Source: an uncultured Prevotella sp. (GTDB lineage Bacteria; Bacteroidota; Bacteroidia; Bacteroidales; Bacteroidaceae). From it: DNA of 64,000 bases. The translations under genes and the position numbers were made by a program. Below the pieces are notes generated by a model. That model searched no databases and had not been told where the DNA came from. It worked only from the letters and a program-made list of their open reading frames with translations. Below, one piece after another: positions 38,641 to 48,980 of the stretch. Positions within the stretch are counted from its first letter, which is position 1. Every line of letters begins with the position of its first letter. The stretch is from contig CAUVDL010000002.1 in the NCBI GenBank assembly GCA_963550695.1, positions 9,766 to 73,765 of the forward strand, given 5' to 3'.

Positions 38641-39111
38641 TTACAAACAGTCTGTCTGACCAGATTTAATGTTCTTATAATCGACATTCAGTTTGGCAAA
38701 CTTAATCTTCAGTTTCTCCACTTTTGGATTCGCCTTGTTCGTAGGAAATGATGTCGCTACCAGACGAGCTTTCCTTTGCCGATTGCTAAAACTGTCGAAT
38801 GTAGGATTATTTGCTGTTGCAAGCAGCTGTTCCATGCCATGAATAGCATCATGCCCTTTCAGTTCAACGAATATCTGTGTCCATGCCTCCTCAGGCCCTG
38901 CCGATGTCTGTACCATCACCAACTTGTCACATTTGACACCAGCCTTTATGATGTAACCGTCAACTTGAAAGACCGCAGACCACAGATTCCTTTGAATGTC
39001 AAGAGTGTATTTCTTTCCTTGCTCCCGTGTGACAACCGTTTTACGTACTTCAAGGGACTGTTCAGCCTGATACCCAGCATCAGTCAAGTTCTCGTATGTA
39101 CTTTTCCCCAT
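38641..39111 (-). CDS. Hypothetical protein with a PD-(D/E)xK-like nuclease motif
   Basis: KCDKLVM...IFVELKG; starts 2 bp after the ATPase stop codon. Confidence 0.6.
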   Translation of the reverse strand: MGKSTYENLTDAGYQAEQSLEVRKTVVTREQGKKYTLDIQRNLWSAVFQVDGYIIKAGVKCDKLVMVQTSAGPEEAWTQIFVELKGHDAIHGMEQLLATANNPTFDSFSNRQRKARLVATSFPTNKANPKVEKLKIKFAKLNVDYKNIKSGQTDCL

Positions 39112-39113
39112 GA

Positions 39114-40349
39114 CTATTCTGCGTATAATATTTCATTGATACGACCCACATGCTCATCGACCCAATCAGAGACACTATCCAAGTTTATACCAGAGAGCAT
39201 CGGTATCTCCATATCTTTGATGTCCTCGAACACACCATCTTTGTTGATGAAATATGCCGAGAAAGCATCTGTTGGAAGCAACGTACTTTCGTCAACCACA
39301 TCTTTAAGCCTTTCGTCGCCAGGTTTCTTCTCGACGGCTGCTGCATCTGCTATCAAGACATTGAGTATTGACAGCACGTAAGGGCTATGTGTAGTGAGTA
39401 CCACCATAGAACGATGCTTGCCAATTGACTTCACAGCTTTCAGATGGCGTATGAGGTTCTGCACAAGTTTACGTTGCGCATCGGGATAGAGGTTCTGCTC
39501 TGGTTCTTCTATGAAAAGTTGCGCCGACTGGTATTTCATCTTCTCACGGATTGGAGCCAACTCCTCTTCCGTGACCTCATGGGCACCATGTACGATTTCA
39601 TTGCGCACATCCGTATCTAACGACTCCATGAGGCGGTTCATCAAATCCGACATACTGAATTTGACTACCTTTCCTACGACACCCATAATATAATCTGTCA
39701 TCACGTCGATAGGCATGACTGACTGGACACCGCTTGAAGCATAGAAAGAAGTTATAGGCTTGCCGTTTGGCAGCACCACATAATCAAGTCCATTATCGCT
39801 GTAATATTTGAAATCATCTGTCAGAGAAAGAGTCAACTTGTTATCAGAGCCATAAGTATCCTTTGCCTCATACCACTCCTGTATGAAATTGAAGATGGAA
39901 TCCCTTTCCTTTGCTTTATACGTGTCATTGATGTTCTGAACGGCAGAAACGAGATTTCTTTCAGCTGGAATATAGGACAGTTTGGAATTATACCTATCCT
40001 CCCAAGCCTCTAACTTGCGGTTGATTTTAGCATTCTGGTCAACACCTGTCAGTGAGATAGTAACCACATCACCGTCATAAATGATTTCGGTGTTCTCCTT
40101 GAAATACATTTCATCAATACGGTGAAATTGTTTCAGATCCCTGGTAAAACGCTTGTTGTGTGTATATGCCTGAATTGTGTTATCAAAAGAAGTCATTATC
40201 TTCTTCTCTATCCAACGGCAGAAGCATAACACCTTCATGAAAGTACTCTTACCAGAACTCTGGCGACCGATGACAAGCAGCACATCGGTTAGATTAATTA
40301 GACCAGTATCTTTGAGTGGTCCAAGATTTTTTATCTGAATTGTTGCCAT
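39114..40349 (-). CDS. ABC-type (AAA_15/AAA_21-like) ATPase, non-transport
   Basis: IKNLGPLK; Walker A GRQSSGKST; YIPAERN; signature ASSGVQS; Walker B LFIEEPEQNLYP; H-loop TTHSPY; no TM segments. Confidence 0.88.
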   Translation of the reverse strand: MATIQIKNLGPLKDTGLINLTDVLLVIGRQSSGKSTFMKVLCFCRWIEKKIMTSFDNTIQAYTHNKRFTRDLKQFHRIDEMYFKENTEIIYDGDVVTISLTGVDQNAKINRKLEAWEDRYNSKLSYIPAERNLVSAVQNINDTYKAKERDSIFNFIQEWYEAKDTYGSDNKLTLSLTDDFKYYSDNGLDYVVLPNGKPITSFYASSGVQSVMPIDVMTDYIMGVVGKVVKFSMSDLMNRLMESLDTDVRNEIVHGAHEVTEEELAPIREKMKYQSAQLFIEEPEQNLYPDAQRKLVQNLIRHLKAVKSIGKHRSMVVLTTHSPYVLSILNVLIADAAAVEKKPGDERLKDVVDESTLLPTDAFSAYFINKDGVFEDIKDMEIPMLSGINLDSVSDWVDEHVGRINEILYAE

Positions 40350-40363
40350 GTTATTCTATTATA

Positions 40364-40585
40364 CCTTAATTCCGTAGCGTAAAATCATTTAGGAAATACA
40401 AGTGCCTGACAAACAAAGTTCTCAAAACACTTGGAGATGTCAGAGTTTTCACCTATCGTGGTAATACAAATTTAACAAATAAACAAAAATCTAACATGAC
40501 AAAGGTAACAATTAAAAACGAGAATATAACTTCTTTCGGAAGAATTTATCATATTATGAATGTTTTTTCAAAGTTGGGTTTTGAA
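40364..40585 (+). mobile_element. IS1380-family left-end fragment (TIR plus first ~30 transposase codons)
   Basis: CCTTAATTCCGTAG end; aligns with 47185-47406; encodes MTKVTIKNENITSFGRIYHIMNVFSKLGFE, then similarity stops. Confidence 0.85.
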
Positions 40586-40696
40586 TACCACTGAAGGAAG
40601 AAGTATCCTGAAAGTCTATACTCAATAATATTTACACACATTCTATTTCGCAAGATACTTACAATAAACTCGCGAAAGAATCGTTATATAACAGTT

Positions 40697-43084
40697 ATGA
40701 AACGTAAGGATATTCAGAAATACATATTACTACTATTGTTCATGGTGACAGCCCAGCTGGCACTGGCACAATCGTTCACACTGCAAGGAAAGGTTTCCGA
40801 CAAGGAGGGCAACCCTATTGAGTTGGCTTCTGTCATGGTTGTTTCGCAAGGAAAACTGTCGATGACCAACCTAAAAGGTGAGTTCAGCATGCAGTTGCAG
40901 AGTGAAGACTCCGTGAAGGTGCGCTTCTCAATGATTGGCTACAAGACGAAGACGAGGGTTCTCGTGCGTCCAAAGGGAAAACAGACACTGCTCATTCAGT
41001 TGGCTGACGATAACGCATTGGAGGAGGTTGTAGTGCAAGGTAAAGCCAAACAGCACGGAACAACAGAAGAATTGGATATTCAAAAAAACAAACAAGGACC
41101 ATCAGCTTCGGGCAATGCTGTCGAAGAAATGGTACAGACACAGGCGGGTGTTTCAACCCACTCGGAGCTATCCTCACAATATAACGTTCGTGGTGGTACG
41201 TTCGATGAGAACTCTGTGTATATCAATAACATAGAAGTATTCCGCCCATTCCTTGTGCGAAGCGGACAGCAAGAGGGTCTTTCGATTATCAATCCTGACA
41301 TGGTTGAGGGCGTAGGCTTCTCAACAGGTGGATTTGAAGCGAAATATGGTGACAAGATGAGTTCAGCTTTAGACATCACCTATAAACGTCCGAAGAAGAC
41401 GGAAGCATCCATCTCAGCCTCTCTCTTAGGTGCCAGTGCCTACCTCGGATTGGCTACGAAGAAGTTGACATGGACCAATGGTGTGCGTTATAAAACCAAT
41501 CGCTACCTCCTCGGTTCACTCCAAACAAAGGGCGAATATCGTCCGTCTTTCCTCGATTATCAGACTTATCTCTCATGGCAACCCAACAAACGTTGGCAGG
41601 TAGATTTCATCGGTAACATCTCTGAAAACCGCTATAACTTCGAGCCAGAAGACCGTGAGACAAACTTCGGTACGCTGCAAAACGTGAAGAAGTTCCGTGT
41701 CTACTTCGATGGACAGGAGAAAGATCTCTTCCGTACCTTCTTCGGTTCGTTGGCTATCACACGCCATTTGAGTCCTCGCACAGACCTATCCCTCCTCGCA
41801 TCGGCTTTCACAACGAAGGAGCAGGAGCGTTATGACATTCAAGGACAGTACTGGCTGACACAGACAGAGACGTCTGAAAACCTCGGTGTGGGTACGTATA
41901 TGCAGCATTCTCGCGACTACCTCAATGCTAACGTGAAGAGTTTGAAGCTGATGATGCAGCATCGTGCTGGCAAGCATAAGATTGAGGGAGCTGTGACCTA
42001 TAAGTTTGAGCGCATCAAGGAGAACTCTGCCGAATACGAATACCGTGATTCTGCGGGTTATAACGTTCCTCATACGGGTCGTGACTTGAAGATGATTTAC
42101 TCGCTTCGTGCTCGTAACGAACTTAATGCGAAACGCTTTGAAAGCTATTTGCAGGACACATGGAACTTCCAGACACGCGACTCTGTTCCAACGCTTTTCA
42201 CACTGAATTATGGCGTTCGCTTTGCACATTGGGACTTTAACGGTGAGAGCCTTTTCTCTCCACGTGCATCGCTGACAATCACACCAGGCAGAAACCGCAA
42301 TCTTAGTTTCCGCATCGCAGGTGGTATCTACTATCAGGCACCTTTCTATAAGGAGCTTCGTGACACGTCAATCGTCAATGGTGTTACCTACGCAACGCTC
42401 AATCAGAAGATTCGCGCACAGCAGTCTATCCACGCATTAGCTGGTATGACTTATCGCTTTGAGATGTTAGGTCGTCCGTTTAAGTTCACTGCCGAGGCTT
42501 ATTACAAGGCACTCTCACGCCTCGTTCCATACTCTGTTGACAACGTAAAGGTGACGTATTACGGTGAAAACACAGCCACAGGACACGCAACGGGTCTCGA
42601 CCTAAAACTCTTTGGTGAGTTCGTTCCGGGTGCTGACTCATGGCTGACACTCAGCGTGATGAACACGAGTATGAAGTTGAATGGTAAGCGTATTCCGCTC
42701 CCAACCGACCAGCGTTATGCGCTCAACCTCTATTTCACGGACTTCTTCCCCGGCACAACACGTTGGCGTATGTCGCTAAAATTGGCTTATGCAGATGGTT
42801 TGCCATTCTCTGCTCCACACAAGGAATTGGAGAATAACACCTTCCGTGCACCTGCTTACAAGCGTGCCGACATCGGTATGAGCTACCGCCTATTGGACAA
42901 CCACGACGGTCATCGCAACACAATCTTTAAGAACATCTGGCTCGGTCTTGACTGTTTGAACCTCTTTGGTATCAACAATGTCAACTCGTATTATTGGGTG
43001 ACAGACATCGCCGGACAGCAGTATGCCGTTCCAAACTACCTCACTGGGCGACAGGTAAATGGTAGGGTGACGGTGGAGTTTTAA
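40697..43084 (+). CDS. TonB-dependent receptor with N-terminal carboxypeptidase-regulatory-like domain
   Basis: Signal peptide; GKVSDKEGNPIELASV; LEEVVV; YNVRGG, GGFEAKYGDKMSSALDI; terminal Phe. Confidence 0.88.
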   Translation: MKRKDIQKYILLLLFMVTAQLALAQSFTLQGKVSDKEGNPIELASVMVVSQGKLSMTNLKGEFSMQLQSEDSVKVRFSMIGYKTKTRVLVRPKGKQTLLIQLADDNALEEVVVQGKAKQHGTTEELDIQKNKQGPSASGNAVEEMVQTQAGVSTHSELSSQYNVRGGTFDENSVYINNIEVFRPFLVRSGQQEGLSIINPDMVEGVGFSTGGFEAKYGDKMSSALDITYKRPKKTEASISASLLGASAYLGLATKKLTWTNGVRYKTNRYLLGSLQTKGEYRPSFLDYQTYLSWQPNKRWQVDFIGNISENRYNFEPEDRETNFGTLQNVKKFRVYFDGQEKDLFRTFFGSLAITRHLSPRTDLSLLASAFTTKEQERYDIQGQYWLTQTETSENLGVGTYMQHSRDYLNANVKSLKLMMQHRAGKHKIEGAVTYKFERIKENSAEYEYRDSAGYNVPHTGRDLKMIYSLRARNELNAKRFESYLQDTWNFQTRDSVPTLFTLNYGVRFAHWDFNGESLFSPRASLTITPGRNRNLSFRIAGGIYYQAPFYKELRDTSIVNGVTYATLNQKIRAQQSIHALAGMTYRFEMLGRPFKFTAEAYYKALSRLVPYSVDNVKVTYYGENTATGHATGLDLKLFGEFVPGADSWLTLSVMNTSMKLNGKRIPLPTDQRYALNLYFTDFFPGTTRWRMSLKLAYADGLPFSAPHKELENNTFRAPAYKRADIGMSYRLLDNHDGHRNTIFKNIWLGLDCLNLFGINNVNSYYWVTDIAGQQYAVPNYLTGRQVNGRVTVEF

Positions 43085-43123
43085 GAAGAAGCAAGCCAAA
43101 ACAACCAACTCAACTACCCAACC

Positions 43124-43269
43124 GGCCCCTCCCCCAGCCCCTCCCCCATAGGGAGGGGAGTAGAATGCGCGTCATCCCTATTGGTTGGTAAAGTCATTTA
43201 GTCATCCCCAAGCGAACTGTTACCAGCACTCCCCCTCTCTGTAGGAGAGGGGGCGGGGGGAGGGAGGCT
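43124..43269. repeat. Repeat family B element
   Basis: GGCCCCTCCCCCAGCCCCTCCCCCATAGGGAGGGGAG ... CTCCCCCTCTCTGTAGGAGAGGGGG. Confidence 0.8.
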
Positions 43270-43454
43270 TTTCTTTTATGCTTCTTCCGTTAAATGTGTG
43301 GACGCTTTTCGTACTGCTTTAACGGGAAAATCGAAGTTACTCATTAAACAAAAACATGGCTAAGACTGTCAACTACCTATCCTATTAACATCCTCTTTCA
43401 TTGAAAACCTTTTCACTTTAAGACTTCGAGAATCCGTAGATAAGGTGTTGAAAA

Positions 43455-43870
43455 ATCATTACATATTTTCAAATAAAAGCTCTATAAATAACGGCAAAAA
43501 CACATACAAGCAACTGGTTTGTAACCACATGGAAGTCAATTAGTTATAAAGCAGTAAAGTAAAAGGTGCTTGATTGGACTTCAAAAGGGCGTTAGTAAGG
43601 GTCTTAAAGGGCATCTTTTGCAAGCCAATTGGGCGTCTTTTAGAAGCCAAAAGAGCATGTCTTAGTTTTGAACTGAATAAAAATAGTTTACAAATTTCAA
43701 CTAATAAGGGAATAAGTTGTTTGTAGAAGACAGATAGTCATCGCACCTAATTACATTTATCATGTTGTTTATCCCACTTTATAAAACCATTTAATTGGGG
43801 GGGGTAATCATACCATGTATATGGGTTAGTTTCATTCTATTGACAATCTACACATTTAATAGAAGAACCC
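43455..43870 (-). repeat. Repeat family A, extended copy (reverse)
   Basis: Reverse complement of 3804-4218 with scattered substitutions. Confidence 0.85.
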
Positions 43871-43926
43871 GTAATAGTTCACATTACTTGGCAAATAGGA
43901 GACCATTCTTTCAGCAAGTAGACTAC

Positions 43927-43966
43927 AAAATATGAGCTCGGCAATGTTGCCGAGCTCATAATTTTT
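43927..43966 (-). terminator. Intrinsic terminator of the 648-aa lipoprotein gene
   Basis: TATGAGCTCGGC / GCCGAGCTCATA perfect stem with flanking A/T tracts. Confidence 0.75.
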
Positions 43967-44019
43967 ATAAGGATCTATTTCGGTAAGGTCTAACATAGGG
44001 AACACTTTCTCCCTACCCC

Positions 44020-45966
44020 TTACTTAATGCCTAATGAATTGCGTAAGTTGAGATAATCAGAATCTAATGTATTACCATCACCAGAATCCCAAACTGGGCG
44101 GATAGCCTTAGCTTGTGATTTAGGAGCTAAATTATTGGCATTCCATTCAGCAGCACCAAAATAGAAATCGTATGATTCTTTTCCAGACTTACCATTTCTT
44201 TCAAGGCTCTCATCAGAGGTCATGTATTGTCCGTATGCGTTTTGATTATTAGATACATCACGCATACCCACTTCTGCATACTTAGGGACGCGCATTCCTG
44301 TATATGGCAAGAATAATCCCTTGTTAGCTTGTACAAGTGCGGTCACATTAGTGTAGTTATCTATTGACCTTACAAAACGTTTTGCAGGGAACTCGCGATA
44401 ACCGCCGCTTGTGCTGGTTGTGAAGTAAGCACCATAAACCTTAGTTCCCTTGTCTGTGTAGCAATAAGCAGGAATAGCACGTGCCTCCTTGTAGAGTTTA
44501 TCAATCTCAATACGAGTTGGCATACGATAACGCTGGTGCTTGTCCTTTGTATAATACCACGCAATATCGCCACGTGCTGGTGCTGCGCCAGTTCCATTTA
44601 TATCGTAATCCTTATATGCACCATAGTTGTTGGCAGGCCACCAAAGTTTCTTATCTGCAACACTATACTTAAAGATATCTCCATTGGTCAAATCCAATGC
44701 CTCTTTGATATGTCCATAGCGGAAGAGGTCAACATCCTCTTTTATCTGCTTTGGTGCATTAGCAAACTGCGACGTCGTATTACCATTATTATAATTGATA
44801 ATATTTCTATTTCCATCTAAGGTCACTGCGCGCTGTGATATCCACCACTGTGCTGGAGCGATACCCCAATATCCGCCGTTTTCTGGACCATAGTGTATAA
44901 AGTTACCTGTTGCCCATTTTACACCTTGTACCTCAACCCATGGCTTTGGAACTACTGGTGTCATTTGAAGGATGTCTGTGTGATAAACCTTATCAGCGGT
45001 GAGATTTACATTATCATACTCTTGTTCATACATTTTGCCCTTAGCATAAACCATGATGTGCACTTTGGTATAGTTGCCCGGTAGCAAAGCAATGTAAGTG
45101 TACTGGTTATTAGTAGATGTAAACTTTGTACCATTTGCAGGAATAACGGCAATGCTCTTGCTTGCCTCATATTGATCGTCAGAAACAAACGTGTTATTTG
45201 TTAAATCAAGTACGCCAGACGCCTTAATATTTGAAACATAGATAGAGTCAATATTAGAAAGTTTGTTATTGTTCTCATCTGTGAAGCGCAAGCCCCAGAA
45301 AGAAACAAGACGCTGTAATGTACCAACATTAACGTCTAACTTATTATTTTCTACTTTTTGGGGATGAGCACTCTTGCACTGATAGTCGAAACGGCTACCG
45401 AGTGAGGCTGCTGTACCATCTTGGCGACTAAGGTTGAAGCTAACTAATTTTTGTATTTTAGCACTTGGAACGTAAGATATAACATTTGATTCAGTACCAC
45501 CAATTGTTACTTTCTCCTCTTTTCTTTCAACAGAGGTAATGGTCTTGTTAGCACCCTTTAAAGCCATCGCAGGATAGAGGAAGCTAATGTTATCACTCGT
45601 TGACATAGGGCGACCACCAGCTGCAGAAATGTCACCCTCAAAGCCTGAATACTTACCAGCATTCTTTGCTGTCAATACAAAATAGTTGTTTTGTTTGCCT
45701 TCATCGCCATTAACGAAAGCTGCTAACTCATCGTTCTTTGCCCACTCTGCAATTAGTCTTTTCCCATTGGCTGGGTCAACAGCGAGTGCTCGCGTTAATG
45801 CTCTTGTACCTTGGGCTGCATCTGCTGATACAGTAACGTGATAAACCTTTGGTGTGTTCTCACTTGTAGCGTTGTCAGAAAGTTCGTCTGTCTGACAGGC
45901 TGCTAAGGAGAATGCCATTGTTGCACAAAGAGCAATAGCAATTTTACTTAATTCTTTCATAAACAA
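44020..45966 (-). CDS. Fimbrillin/type V pilin-like lipoprotein with a C-terminal lectin-like domain
   Basis: Lipobox SLAAC-QTDE; GTRALTRAL; WAKNDEL; GVKWATGN, YRMPT, LFLPYTGMR, GQYMTS, AIRPV. Confidence 0.7.
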   Translation of the reverse strand: MFMKELSKIAIALCATMAFSLAACQTDELSDNATSENTPKVYHVTVSADAAQGTRALTRALAVDPANGKRLIAEWAKNDELAAFVNGDEGKQNNYFVLTAKNAGKYSGFEGDISAAGGRPMSTSDNISFLYPAMALKGANKTITSVERKEEKVTIGGTESNVISYVPSAKIQKLVSFNLSRQDGTAASLGSRFDYQCKSAHPQKVENNKLDVNVGTLQRLVSFWGLRFTDENNNKLSNIDSIYVSNIKASGVLDLTNNTFVSDDQYEASKSIAVIPANGTKFTSTNNQYTYIALLPGNYTKVHIMVYAKGKMYEQEYDNVNLTADKVYHTDILQMTPVVPKPWVEVQGVKWATGNFIHYGPENGGYWGIAPAQWWISQRAVTLDGNRNIINYNNGNTTSQFANAPKQIKEDVDLFRYGHIKEALDLTNGDIFKYSVADKKLWWPANNYGAYKDYDINGTGAAPARGDIAWYYTKDKHQRYRMPTRIEIDKLYKEARAIPAYCYTDKGTKVYGAYFTTSTSGGYREFPAKRFVRSIDNYTNVTALVQANKGLFLPYTGMRVPKYAEVGMRDVSNNQNAYGQYMTSDESLERNGKSGKESYDFYFGAAEWNANNLAPKSQAKAIRPVWDSGDGNTLDSDYLNLRNSLGIK

Positions 45967-46068
45967 TCGGTTAATTATTAGCTAAATAGTGTGAACTTTA
46001 TAACAGTTGGGAACAGAGAGTTAAATTATTTATTATAACTACCTTTAAATTATCTCAACTTCTTAACT

Positions 46069-46278
46069 TTAGTCATCAAAACTCCACGTTATCTCTTCCT
46101 TTGCAGGAGAAGAAGAATCAAATGGATTAGATTCTCCTGGATTAGATTCTCTCGTAACAGGGCTACCACCTTCTTCAGGGCTTTTCATTCCTGCTGTGAC
46201 ATTTGTGTGATTAAGTAAATAACCTTCTACACACATTGCGTAAAGTTTTGTCTCTGGTTCTAAATAAGTTTTCTTCAT
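46069..46278 (-). CDS. Small YxxP-motif peptide (69 aa) upstream of pilin-like lipoprotein
   Basis: MKKTYLEPETKLYAMCVEGYLLNHT with a Ser/Pro/Gly/acidic tail; same context as the other two peptides. Confidence 0.75.
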   Translation of the reverse strand: MKKTYLEPETKLYAMCVEGYLLNHTNVTAGMKSPEEGGSPVTRESNPGESNPFDSSSPAKEEITWSFDD

Positions 46279-46409
46279 TTTAATTCATTTTAAATTTACT
46301 ATTATTCCATATCTTTAAGGTATTTGCCCCCACTAAATAAAAGAAGGGCTTAAACTCCCGTTTGTATATTTTTCATGTGGCTTACAAAAATAATCATGTT
46401 TGTAATTAA

Positions 46410-46841
46410 CTAAAGTTTCCCACCCAAATAAATAGATAGAAAAATAACAGTTTGTCGAATTTTCTTTGTAAATTAGTAATCGCCAAAAAACTGATTTAAA
46501 GACAAAAGAACAAGATTGTTATGGAGGCAAAAATAGAGAAAATGAGTGAGTTATCCAAACTTTTGAGTGCTAAAACTCGAATGAGTGATGATTTTTTCTT
46601 CTTTTTTGGCAAATTTGGTATCGGTCATCTGTTATCTCGTCTGTCAATGGAGAAACAGGACGGGGTTTCGGTTTCGGAGTTGATCCTTTCTCTTTGCCTC
46701 TTCCGCATTGTCGGTGAGAGCATCCACAGTATATGCAAACATAAGAAGAGTGGCGTGAGAATGGAAGGTATCAGTCGTGTTTTCGACCATGTAAAAGGCA
46801 GATGCGTATTGGGCTACAAGCTGCTGGGTGGAAAATTTTAG
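46410..46841 (+). mobile_element. Internally deleted IS4-like element (432 bp)
   Basis: TIRs CTAAAGTTTCCCACCCA / TGGGTGGAAAATTTTAG (15/17); TTAA on both flanks; contains a truncated transposase-like frame; family assignment from recall. Confidence 0.75.
46521..46841 (+). pseudogene. Transposase remnant
   Basis: 106-aa frame resembling a Bacteroidales transposase N-terminus joined to an internal EGISRVFDHV..VLGYKLL segment, running into the right TIR. Confidence 0.65.
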
Positions 46842-47184
46842 TTAACAATATGAATTGCAAACTTAGAGATTTGGAGTTAATAAAAGAACCCTAAATTATG
46901 AGGTTTAGACATTGAAGTAATGTTGAAAATAGGGTCATTGTGTAAGTAAGCACCTGCTTGATAAACAAAAACAAACATGGAAATTATGTTATTTATGTTT
47001 ATTGTTGTTAAAAATCTGTCTAATAATAAGTGATGTTTGTGAGCAATATGTTATCTTTGTGATAAGAGACCCACGAAAAAACGTAAAAGGTTAAAGGGGA
47101 TCATGGATAACTTTTAGACACACCTAAATATTTATACTTTGATAATAGGCACGCCTAAATGAAGAAATAAGATTATCATCAAAA

Positions 47185-48786
47185 CCTTAATTCCGCAGCA
47201 TAAATTCTTGTGAGAACTCCAAGTGCCTGAGAAACAAAGTTCTCAAAACACTTGGATATGTCAGAAATTTCACCTATCTTGGTGCTGCAAACATAACAAG
47301 TAAGCAAAAAACTGACATGACAAAGGTAGCAATTAAAAACGAGAATATCACTTCTTTCGGTGGAATTTATCATATTATGGACGTTTTCTCAAAGTTGGAC
47401 TTTGAAAAAACTTACCGAATCTGTATTGGGTAAACGTGGAAGTAGCGGCAAAGCATTCAGCCATGGAAGTATTTTTGGCTTTCTCATCTTCAGTTACCTT
47501 TGTGGTGAAGAATGCCTTGAGGACATCAATGCGCTCATAGGGCAGTTCAAACAGAGACCTGATACGCCATTACCCGGTGCCGACACTGTGGGGCGCGGAC
47601 TAAAGGAGCTTACCGAGAAAAATATTGTCTATAAGAGCGAGACCTCCGACAAGTCGTATAGTTTCAACACGGCAGAAAAGTTGAATACCTTACTTTTACG
47701 AATGATACGGAGGATGAGGCTTATAAAGGTGGGTAGTCATGTTGACTTAGACTTTGACCACCAGTTTATTCCAGCCCACAAGTTCGATGCAAAGTATTCT
47801 TACAAGCAGGATTTTGGCTATTTCCCTGGTTGGGCTTCCATTGGGGGAATCATAGTCGGAGGTGAGAATCTTGATGGAAACACCAATGTGAGATTCCATC
47901 AAGAAGACACGCTCCGTCGCATTATCGACCGTGTAACCTCAGAACTTGGTGTGGTAATAGAGCGTTTCCGTGCTAATTGTGGATCGTTCTCTAAGGAAAT
48001 CATCCAAACCGTAGAGCAGCGCTGCAACACGTTCTATATACGTGCAGCCAACAGCGACAGCCGGTGTGAGGACTTCCGCCAGCTGAAAGAATGGAAGAAT
48101 GTTGAGGTTGGTTATGAGAGATGCGATGTCACATCCGTCAGCATAGACAACTTAATAGAAGGAAAGTCATACAGGCTTGTCGTACAGCGTAGTCCTTTGA
48201 AAGACAAGGATGGCAAGCAACAGACAGATATCTTCGGAGTAATATACACATACCGCTGTATCCTCACCAATAACTGGATGTCTACCGAGAAAGACATCAT
48301 TACATTTTATAATGAGCGTGGAGCAAGCGAAAAGAACTTCGACATACAGAACAATGACTTCGGATGGTCACATCTGCCCTTTTCCTTTATGGCTGAGAAC
48401 ATGGTTTTCATGATGGTTACCGCCATGCTGAAGAACTTCTATCTCTATCTCGTCCGTCATATCAGCGAGAAGGTCAAGCCATTGAAAAAGACAAGCAGGC
48501 TGAAAGCCTTTATCCTGCATTTTGTCAGCGTGCCAGCAAAATGGGTGCGCACTGGAAGGCAGAACGTTCTGAACCTATATACAAATAAAACCTACTACTC
48601 TGAGGTCTTCATTGAATAAACAGTATTTCTTTGTGGTTATCATACTTCCCCATTGGTTTGGGTGGGGGATTTTATGCTTAGAAAAGACCTAAGAAACACC
48701 GAAGCACCTCATATCAACATATAGAGCCCAAAAAGACATCTCAACATATAAAATTTTCTCACAAAAAAAATACTGCGGAATTAAGG
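47185..48786 (+). mobile_element. IS1380-family insertion sequence (1602 bp), probably inactive
   Basis: Perfect 14-bp TIR CCTTAATTCCGCAG / CTGCGGAATTAAGG enclosing a single transposase; no exact target duplication seen. Confidence 0.9.
47317..48619 (+). pseudogene. IS1380-family transposase, frameshifted
   Basis: ATG 47317 reads MTKVAIKNENITSFGG...FEK, then an extra A in the run at 47405-47410 shifts to the LTESVLG frame; DLDFDH, RFRANCG, YNERGASEKNF, VPAKWV motifs. Confidence 0.85.
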
Positions 48787-48911
48787 ATAAAAGTAAAAAA
48801 ACAAATCCTAATTAATCACATAAGCATACAGCAATTACAAACTATTAATCGTTTTATATATGTTAAATTAATATTTATATACAAACATTTCTTATAATCA
48901 ATATTATTTAT

Positions 48912-48919
48912 TATATTTG
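48912..48919 (+). promoter_or_regulatory. Candidate -7 promoter box for the LRR gene
   Basis: TATATTTG, 61 bp before ATG 48981. Confidence 0.5.
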
Positions 48920-48980
48920 CAATCGTCATTAATTTACCATTCTAAACATCTATTTTATAACACGCCTAAAAACATTGAGT

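Noticed and set aside
47360..47410. GTG start of the 419-aa transposase ORF
   Set aside because: The true start is ATG 47317 in another frame, supported by the homologous stub near 40496; the GTG frame is a frameshift artefact.
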